Part shown: piece by piece, positions 23,968-30,607 of the stretch
How the letters are laid out: each line of letters begins with the position of its first letter
Numbering within the stretch: position 1 is the stretch's first letter
NCBI GenBank assembly: GCA_903822115.1
Contig: CAIJNU010000060.1
Location: 1-32,042, forward strand
DNA: 32,042 bases
Source: an uncultured Candidatus Peregrinibacteria bacterium
GTDB taxonomy: Bacteria; Patescibacteriota; Gracilibacteria; Peribacterales; Peribacteraceae
Direction: 5' to 3'
Notes under the pieces: generated by a model
Told to the model about the DNA's origin: nothing
The model's database searches: none
Seen by the model: the letters and a program-made list of their open reading frames with translations, nothing else
Position numbers and translations under genes: made by a program

Positions 23968-25227
23968 ATGTCCTCTCCTATGCACACCTCAACCACTATC
24001 ACCGGCAGAAGGAAAATCATTCTCATCCTCGCTCCCGCCATCACTCTCTTGGCGCTCTCCTTCGTCGTCCTCAATCACGCCATCGCACAGTACTCAAGCA
24101 CCGCCATCATCTCGTTGTCGTCGAATGAAAACCCCTCCCACTTCGGCGATTTCGTCACCTTCACGGCTACGGTCCAAACGCAGTATGTGAGCGGAATCAT
24201 CACCTTCTACGATAATTCCGTCGCACTGGGGAGCACGCAAGTGCAGCAAGGCGGCACGGCGACATTCTCGACGTCGCATCTCTCCGTCGGAGGCCATCCC
24301 ATCACGGCGGTATTCTATGGAACGGGGAACGTGGGATCCGGAACGTCCTCGACGTTGTATCAAACGGTGGATTCCTGCAATACGACGTTCGGTTGCAACA
24401 CCTACTCCCCGTACAACAACAGCACGGCGCAGATCCTCCTTAACGTGAACAAGACGCAAGCGGCCTTCGGGGAGAATGTCGCCTTCTCCGCGTACGTCAG
24501 CGGCAATCAACTATTGGGAACGGTGACATTCTATGATGGAAATACCATCCTCGCCTCGAAGAGCGTGCTATCTGACGGCTCCGCGGGATACTCGACCTCC
24601 CAGCTCTCTCCCGGCATGCACACAATCACGGCCGTTTTCAGCGGCAACACGCAAACTCCGCGGCTCTTCTCCCCGCCGGTCTCCCTGCAAATCCTGCCGC
24701 AGAATGTTCCGTACAACTACAACTTCAATACGTACTATCCGTACCAAAACAACGTCTACCCCTCCAACGGTTCTCAGCCGAGTGCATTCACCTTCTCCCT
24801 CGCGTCGAGCTTGAATCCTTCCACTGTCGGCAACTCCGTCATCCTTCGAACGAACGTGGGCATGCAGTATGCGGGAGCAGTGGTGACCCTCTTCGATAAC
24901 GGCGCTCTTCTCGCAAGCATGAATGTCGGATCGGATGGCACCGCGACTTTCTCCACTTCTCAACTTCCCGCAGGAACCCACACGATTACAGCCACGCTCG
25001 GAAATCTCGGCAGTAACGTGACAGGTTCGTCCTCACCGCTCACTCAGCAGGTCTACCGGTATTCCTACAGAGGAGGGAATGTGTCCCAAAACTCCGCGAA
25101 CCCCTCGTACTATCCTCCCGTCCCATACACGAATCCGTCTCCCATTCTCACCCCTGTGACGGGCGCGGAAGAGAAGTTCTTTGCACCGCTCGAGGACACG
25201 CAGAATTTCCTGCGTCCAATCAACTAG
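23968..25227 (+). CDS. membrane-anchored surface protein with three Ig-like repeats and N/Y/P-rich linkers
   Basis: N-terminal anchor RRKIILILAPAITLLALSFVVLNHAIA. Three repeats of about 90 aa share the pattern FG..V.F.A.V....G.VTFYD....L.S..V...G.A.FSTSQL..G.H.ITA. The start is uncertain: the ORF opens at 23917, with ATGs at 23968 and 23980. A candidate promoter is TTGCTA (23941-23946), 17 nt, GAGCAT (23964-23969). Confidence 0.7.
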   Translation: MSSPMHTSTTITGRRKIILILAPAITLLALSFVVLNHAIAQYSSTAIISLSSNENPSHFGDFVTFTATVQTQYVSGIITFYDNSVALGSTQVQQGGTATFSTSHLSVGGHPITAVFYGTGNVGSGTSSTLYQTVDSCNTTFGCNTYSPYNNSTAQILLNVNKTQAAFGENVAFSAYVSGNQLLGTVTFYDGNTILASKSVLSDGSAGYSTSQLSPGMHTITAVFSGNTQTPRLFSPPVSLQILPQNVPYNYNFNTYYPYQNNVYPSNGSQPSAFTFSLASSLNPSTVGNSVILRTNVGMQYAGAVVTLFDNGALLASMNVGSDGTATFSTSQLPAGTHTITATLGNLGSNVTGSSSPLTQQVYRYSYRGGNVSQNSANPSYYPPVPYTNPSPILTPVTGAEEKFFAPLEDTQNFLRPIN

Positions 25228-25245
25228 AGAATCCCTCCCCTCTCG

Positions 25246-25273
25246 TTGCTATTCCCTCCGAGGAGGATACCAT
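25246..25273 (+). promoter_or_regulatory. sigma70-like promoter for a leaderless SPFH gene
   Basis: TTGCTA (25246-25251), a 16-nt spacer, TACCAT (25268-25273), then 7 nt to the ATG at 25281. Confidence 0.45.
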
Positions 25274-25280
25274 CATCCTC

Positions 25281-26048
25281 ATGAACACCATCCTGCTGTA
25301 CCTGCTTGGCATCGTCGTCATTCTCCTCCTCGGAGGCATCAAGGTCATCAATGAGTATCAGCGCGCCGTTATCTTCCGTTTGGGTCGTCTCGTGGGGGCG
25401 CGCGGGCCGGGCCTCATCTACGTCTTACCGATTTTTGAGCGCATGGTGCGGGTTGAGCTGCGCACGATCACGATGAACATCCCCTCGCAGAAGATCATCA
25501 CGAAGGACAATGTCAGTATCGATATCGCCGCCGTCGCGTACTACCACGTCGTCGATGCCCAGAAGTCCGTGGTGGCAATTGAGAACGTCCATGACGCCGT
25601 GAATCAGATCAGCCAAACCACGGTCCGAAACGTCGTGGGTCAGTTCATGCTCGATCAGTTCCTGTCGCAAACGGTCGACATCAACGAGAAGATCAAGAAC
25701 GTGATCGATGTCCATACGGAGCCGTGGGGCATTCAGGTGACTGCCGTGGAGATCAAGGATGTCATCCTGCCGGACAACATGCAGCGGGCGATGGCGAAGG
25801 AAGCAGAAGCCGAGCGCGAGCGCCGAGCGAAGATCGTTGCGGCGGAGGGTGAGTTCCAGGCGTCGGAAAAACTCGGGCAGGCCGCCGACATCATCGCGAA
25901 TCATCCCGTCGCGCTGCAGCTGCGCACGCTCCAGACCATGGCGGAGATCGCCACGGAGAAGAACTCCACGATCATCTTCCCGGCGCAGTTCATGACGACC
26001 GTCAAAGAAGCGCTCGAGACACTGCAGCAGGATTCGAAGAATCGGTAG
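25281..26048 (+). CDS. SPFH/Band 7 (stomatin-like) membrane protein
   Basis: An N-terminal TM helix, then YQRAVIFRLGRLVGARGPGLIYVLP...LRTITMNIPSQKIITKDNVSIDIAAVAYYHVVD... and the Ala/Glu-rich coiled-coil segment AMAKEAEAERERRAKIVAAEGE. Confidence 0.9.
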   Translation: MNTILLYLLGIVVILLLGGIKVINEYQRAVIFRLGRLVGARGPGLIYVLPIFERMVRVELRTITMNIPSQKIITKDNVSIDIAAVAYYHVVDAQKSVVAIENVHDAVNQISQTTVRNVVGQFMLDQFLSQTVDINEKIKNVIDVHTEPWGIQVTAVEIKDVILPDNMQRAMAKEAEAERERRAKIVAAEGEFQASEKLGQAADIIANHPVALQLRTLQTMAEIATEKNSTIIFPAQFMTTVKEALETLQQDSKNR

Positions 26049-26088
26049 TCACCAGATAATTATGAGATGGATGAGCAGATACTCATAT

Positions 26089-26117
26089 TTGACATAGTAT
26101 GTAATTTTGTTCATAAT
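26089..26117 (+). promoter_or_regulatory. near-consensus sigma70 promoter giving a leaderless transcript
   Basis: TTGACA (26089-26094), a 17-nt spacer, CATAAT (26112-26117). The ATG at 26124 begins 7 nt after the -10 box. Confidence 0.55.
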
Positions 26118-26123
26118 CTTATT

Positions 26124-26723
26124 ATGAAGATGGATAAACTCTCAACCCACAGTGCTGCGAATTTCTCGTCAGATCGACTCATCGCCATCAGAATGGTAAA
26201 GGAAATTGCAAATTTGATTCTTGGAAAGCGTCAGAAGTTGAGAGCTACTATCCTTGCCCTTCGGGAAGGGAAAAACACAATGAAAAATATCGGAGAACTG
26301 GTAATCGAGGATTTGCGAGAATTGGGAGCATTAACGAGTGACGTTCGCAGAGCAGTTGTGGGTCTCATTTGCAGAGCGTCACTTTCGCCCGATGGAGAAC
26401 GAGAAATAAAGAGAGACATCAGGCAGGATCTCTGCAGGAAAAAGAACAATCTCACCGATGAGGGCAGAAAGAATGCATGGAAAGCCACACAGAATTATCC
26501 CTGGACTCCAGATATCGATGCGAAACTTCTGGAGCTCTCCACGTCTATCCTCCACACGAAACAGCCCTATACCGGCACTCCCAATTGGCAGGGAATTGCC
26601 AGAGAAATGATGAGGTTGTATGAAATCAACTTTACGGGTTCTCAATGGAGGTGTCGTGCACGTGCAATTAACACCAGAGAAGACAAAAGGAGGAAGAGGA
26701 GAGAGGCAAAAGCTTCGATTTAA
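26124..26723 (+). CDS. hypothetical protein with C-terminal Myb/SANT-like Trp-repeat region and basic tail
   Basis: Low GC (samples 35-42%). The spaced Trp pattern in WTPDIDAKLLELS...TPNWQGIAREMMRLYEINFTGSQWRCRA is reminiscent of a Myb/SANT helix-turn-helix. The tail is KRRKRREAK. The track ORF opens at 26067, but the promoter geometry favours 26124. Confidence 0.45.
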   Translation: MKMDKLSTHSAANFSSDRLIAIRMVKEIANLILGKRQKLRATILALREGKNTMKNIGELVIEDLRELGALTSDVRRAVVGLICRASLSPDGEREIKRDIRQDLCRKKNNLTDEGRKNAWKATQNYPWTPDIDAKLLELSTSILHTKQPYTGTPNWQGIAREMMRLYEINFTGSQWRCRARAINTREDKRRKRREAKASI

Positions 26724-26784
26724 GTTTGAGGGAAAATCACCAATGAAAAAACAACACGGATGCATCTCTCATCAGTCTTAAACA

Positions 26785-27603
26785 TCACGCCCATAGAAAC
26801 TTCTGCGCCAAAGTTGCGTTGTGACGCGGCTGTTCGATGGGGCTCAGATGCCCAACCCCCCGAATGACGACGAGGCAGCTGCGGGGCATCGTCTTGTGAA
26901 GCGTTTCGAGAGCCGAGAGCGGCACGAGATCGTCGAGATCCCCGGCGATGATGGTCGTCGGGACGGAAATGGACGCGGCCGCCTTGAGCATATTGGATCG
27001 AAAGAAGCTCAGGAACCCCTCGATCACGACGTCCGCGTTGAAGTCGCGCAGCTCCGCGCGCCCGTCCTTCATGAGCTTCTTGCGCTGACGCCCATGCACG
27101 CGCTTGAGGAAGTACCAGCGGAAGAGATCGTTGAGAAGCGTGCTTGCGAGCCAGAACTTCTGTATCCGGCGCGGGAGCAGTGCGGCGATGCGATAGTAGA
27201 GAATGGCCAGACTCGTCACGATCCCCTTCCCGGGCAGCGCCGGAGAAACCAGCACGATCCTCTCCACGTTGCGCTTCGTGCGGGAAGCGAAGAGCAGACA
27301 CAGGCTCCCGCCGAAGGAGTGTCCCCAGAGGGAGAAAGTCTTGAGGTGCAATTTGTCACAGAACACCTCGAGCATCGTGGAGTAATTCTTGAGCGTGTGT
27401 GATAGGGACATGGGCGTGGACTCGCCGTATCCCGGAAGATCGATGAGGAGGATGCGAAAGCCCTGAAGCTCGCGGGAAATCGGAAGAAGCGCGCGATGAT
27501 TCCCCCGAAATCCATGGACCATTATCAGCACGGGGCCGTGCTTGGAACCACACTCGAAGTACGCGATGCGGCTGCCGAGAATATTGATATTCCGCTTGAT
27601 CAT
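26785..27603 (-). CDS. alpha/beta hydrolase fold protein
   Basis: VLIMVHGFRGNH, the nucleophile elbow LWGHSFGGSL, DDLVP and RGVGHLS (catalytic His region). An extended -10 (TGCTACAAT, minus) lies at 27625-27633. Confidence 0.8.
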   Translation of the reverse strand: MIKRNINILGSRIAYFECGSKHGPVLIMVHGFRGNHRALLPISRELQGFRILLIDLPGYGESTPMSLSHTLKNYSTMLEVFCDKLHLKTFSLWGHSFGGSLCLLFASRTKRNVERIVLVSPALPGKGIVTSLAILYYRIAALLPRRIQKFWLASTLLNDLFRWYFLKRVHGRQRKKLMKDGRAELRDFNADVVIEGFLSFFRSNMLKAAASISVPTTIIAGDLDDLVPLSALETLHKTMPRSCLVVIRGVGHLSPIEQPRHNATLAQKFLWA

Positions 27604-27672
27604 TGATGTGTATTGGTTGATTTGATTGTAGCAAAAATTGCGAAGATTTACAATAACTTGCTGCCGATTCGA

Positions 27673-28056
27673 TTACATCGTAAGCACGACTTCTAATAGA
27701 TCGCGAACTGTGTATCGCTCGTTATTTAGAGTGTGATCGACCGTCCACATCGCTCTCTCAGAGAGAGTCGAAGCCGTACGTACGGCCTGATAATGACCGT
27801 CGGATTTTTTCTCGCTTCCATCCTCCTGATTCCACGTCGGTCCAAGTCCTGCAAACGCCTGTTGCCACTCTTCCGGCTCTGAAATTGTCGCAACTGGACC
27901 GGAATTCCATGTCGTCCCATCCTTCTTCTTCACCTGCATCACAAGGAACCCCTCGCTCGCGAGGACAAAATGATCGTTCCCATCTGAGCGATTGCACCAG
28001 ACCTCGATTCCATCTGCTGCTTTGGGCATGAGAAATTTGGGAAAGTAGTGGCACAT
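27673..28056 (-). CDS. hypothetical protein (127 aa)
   Basis: It is the only long ORF in this interval and its composition looks coding. No recognisable domain. An alternative start is the ATG at 28029. Confidence 0.4.
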   Translation of the reverse strand: MCHYFPKFLMPKAADGIEVWCNRSDGNDHFVLASEGFLVMQVKKKDGTTWNSGPVATISEPEEWQQAFAGLGPTWNQEDGSEKKSDGHYQAVRTASTLSERAMWTVDHTLNNERYTVRDLLEVVLTM

Positions 28057-28124
28057 CTTTCACCCGCGCGCCACCGCTGTCAAATCACGACCGTGCTTCT
28101 CCCGCGCAATGCATGAATGCGCAA

Positions 28125-28153
28125 TTGGACGTTGGAAACGCCTTCTCTACAAT
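28125..28153 (+). promoter_or_regulatory. sigma70-like promoter for the GT-C glycosyltransferase gene
   Basis: TTGGAC (28125-28130), a 17-nt spacer, TACAAT (28148-28153), then 8 nt to the ATG at 28162. Confidence 0.5.
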
Positions 28154-28161
28154 GATCGGCA

Positions 28162-29541
28162 ATGTCACAGCAAGCAGCGTCATTCCAAGCGGCGAATAAC
28201 GATCGAAACTTTTCGCGGAAGCTGGAATACGCTCTGCTACTGACGTTCCTGTTCTCGCGTCTCTGGCTCTTCGTCGCACGATGGGGTGATGGAGTCGGCT
28301 GGGACGTCGGTGCGCACCTGCAAATGTTGTACACATGGCCGTGGAGTCCCGGCGCATGGAGCATCCAAACACAGTTTTACGCCTATCATCCGCCGCTGGC
28401 CTTCCTCCTACCGCGCCTGCTACTCGTCATGGGCATGAGCTCCATTACGAGCGTGCAAGTAATTTCAGCGTTGGCATCCATCATCGGCTTTCTCTTCCTC
28501 AGGCAATCACTCAAGTTCCTCCACGTGCTGCACACGTGGCACGGCCTCCTCTTCCTCTACATCACGTCCTCGTTGCCAATACAGATCTATTTGGCACGGA
28601 GCATCAATATGGACGTCCTCGTGTACGCGGAGGCGTGCGCCGTCCTCTCCTTCTCGCTGCGCGTGTTCTTCGCCGATACATTTCCGTCGCAGCATCCTCA
28701 TGCCGTCTTGGATATCGCACTTCTCATTCTCTGCCTCGTCCTCGGACTCTTCACGAAGTACTCCGGCCTCCTCCTACTTGGCATCCCCTTCCTGCTGGCC
28801 TTCTTCTCGCCCACCTCGCCCTCACCATCCGCATCCCGAAGCTTAATGCGACGTCTGTGTCTCGCTTGCTGCATCGGTGCTATCGCCGCGGGGTTGGCAT
28901 TCCCCTACTACTTCGAACGCTACGAGAAGCAGGAGGGACGATTCCTGCCAGTGAATATCGAACTCGCGAAATTCGGAAGAGTCACGACGGCAATGGAGAG
29001 ACTTCGACGCGATCAACATCGCATCGCATTCGTCAAATCACTCCTCTGGGGAACATCGAAGGGGACGCAGCCCATGCAGGATCGGGATCAACAAGTGCTG
29101 CGCATGCTCAATACGTGGAAAGACGTATGGAGCGCAAACGTAAAAAACATCCTTCAGTCTCCCCTCTCCCTAGCATTGAGCGTCATCTATGCGAATCTCT
29201 CACTGGTATTTCTCACAATCGGATGCATATATGCCGTTGTCCGATCCTCCCTGCGAACGGCGTGGGATCGTTTCGGCTGTGTACTCGTCACATTCGCACT
29301 CGTGGAAATCGCCGCACTGATCTTCTACACCTACGAATATCCGCATCCGATCGGGGTGGAAAATAAGGCGATCTACATCGCTCCCGCACTCCTCGGATTC
29401 GGTTACCTCATCACGCTGACAAGTCGCATGGCTGGCACGATCCAAATACCGAAGTCGCTCGTGAGCAAAATTTTCATCGGCATTGGCATCATCTCGGTGA
29501 GCTGTTTCATGATATTCAACACCGTGCTGCCCGTTTATTGA
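28162..29541 (+). CDS. polytopic membrane glycosyltransferase, GT-C fold (PMT_2/ArnT-like)
   Basis: At least 10 predicted TM helices. The first loop, with WGDGVGWDVGAHL...FYAYHPPLAFLLP, resembles ArnT/PMT-type lipid-carrier-dependent glycosyltransferases. Confidence 0.55.
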   Translation: MSQQAASFQAANNDRNFSRKLEYALLLTFLFSRLWLFVARWGDGVGWDVGAHLQMLYTWPWSPGAWSIQTQFYAYHPPLAFLLPRLLLVMGMSSITSVQVISALASIIGFLFLRQSLKFLHVLHTWHGLLFLYITSSLPIQIYLARSINMDVLVYAEACAVLSFSLRVFFADTFPSQHPHAVLDIALLILCLVLGLFTKYSGLLLLGIPFLLAFFSPTSPSPSASRSLMRRLCLACCIGAIAAGLAFPYYFERYEKQEGRFLPVNIELAKFGRVTTAMERLRRDQHRIAFVKSLLWGTSKGTQPMQDRDQQVLRMLNTWKDVWSANVKNILQSPLSLALSVIYANLSLVFLTIGCIYAVVRSSLRTAWDRFGCVLVTFALVEIAALIFYTYEYPHPIGVENKAIYIAPALLGFGYLITLTSRMAGTIQIPKSLVSKIFIGIGIISVSCFMIFNTVLPVY

Positions 29542-29543
29542 TC

Positions 29544-30599
29544 TTATGCCGAAACGTTCGGGAGGGATCGGTACAGCTCCTCCGTCTGCGCATCGTACGG
29601 CGTCGCCGCAGTCTGGTACGCCGTGGAACCTGTGACGAGTCCAAGTGCCTTCTCGAAATCCATTTCCTCTCGCGGCAAATCGCAGAATTGAAGCAACTGA
29701 GAAACAGCGCTCTCCTTGTCCCCGATCAAACTCCGCGAATCAAGCCAGTGAATATTGGGAATGCCGGCATAGAATTTTTTCGCGAACGCATACGCATCCC
29801 CCCACTGCAACAAATAACCCTCGTAGTCTTCGCCCCTCTCCCAGTGTTCCAACGTTTTCTCGCTGCGCCCTCCCTCCAGGCAAATCGGTCTACGCAACGG
29901 GCCGAATTCAAAGTGCCCAAGGATTTCGAGTCGCTTCGCGAAGTACTTGTCGTCTCGAGACATCGCCGTGAACTTCGCATGCACTCTCGCGAGCGAGTGC
30001 GCGTGCTCGAAAGGATTTCTCACGCAGAGAATAATCTTGGCGTCCGGAAAAAGCTTCGTAATGTATCGGAGGCGATAGAGATTGTAATTTCCCTTGGAGA
30101 GGTAACGCCGCTTCCCGCCCCTCACGTAGAGCACCTTGTTCATTGCTACCGGGAGCAATTCTTCGAGTTTTGAATTGGCGTAACTCTCGTCTCTGACGGC
30201 ACAGAAACCGTCGGGATCGTAGTCGGGGAGAGCATTCCTCCAGAGGAGTTCCTCGAAGGCATCGGGCGAGTGCGGATCGATGGAGATCTGATCTCCGTGC
30301 TCCCGCATCACCGGCCGTTGATTGCCGTAGTACAGAGAAGCGACGAAGTGCCAGAAGTACGGAATTTCCACGAAAGGCAGATCGCAGTAGAGGAAGGATC
30401 CCGCCTGGGGATGCGCGTTGAGGATGTGCGTGACGACCGTCGTACCGGATCGCGCGAGGCCGCAGACGAAGATCGGGCTGCGGATACCCTTGGCAATGCG
30501 CTTGCCCAATACGGACGTTTCAAGATCGGACCAAAGACGAAGCAAGCCCGGATGCCGGCGGACGAAAGCGAGGTGGAGATAACTTTCGAGTCCGGGCAT
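29544..30599 (-). CDS. PAPS-dependent sulfotransferase family protein
   Basis: 5'-PSB loop FVCGLARSGTTVVTHIL and a 3'-PB-like CVRNPFEHAHSLARV. The track ORF extends to 30716 and overlaps the upstream gene by 109 nt. I prefer the ATG at 30599 (MPGLESYL...) with TAACTT (30605-30610, minus) 5 nt upstream. Confidence 0.75.
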   Translation of the reverse strand: MPGLESYLHLAFVRRHPGLLRLWSDLETSVLGKRIAKGIRSPIFVCGLARSGTTVVTHILNAHPQAGSFLYCDLPFVEIPYFWHFVASLYYGNQRPVMREHGDQISIDPHSPDAFEELLWRNALPDYDPDGFCAVRDESYANSKLEELLPVAMNKVLYVRGGKRRYLSKGNYNLYRLRYITKLFPDAKIILCVRNPFEHAHSLARVHAKFTAMSRDDKYFAKRLEILGHFEFGPLRRPICLEGGRSEKTLEHWERGEDYEGYLLQWGDAYAFAKKFYAGIPNIHWLDSRSLIGDKESAVSQLLQFCDLPREEMDFEKALGLVTGSTAYQTAATPYDAQTEELYRSLPNVSA

Positions 30600-30607
30600 G
30601 TGACAAG

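Noticed and set aside
28335-29366. 343-aa alternate-frame ORF within the GT-C glycosyltransferase gene.
   Set aside because: It is Arg/Pro/His-rich with no TM pattern. The 28162 frame encodes a coherent polytopic membrane protein.
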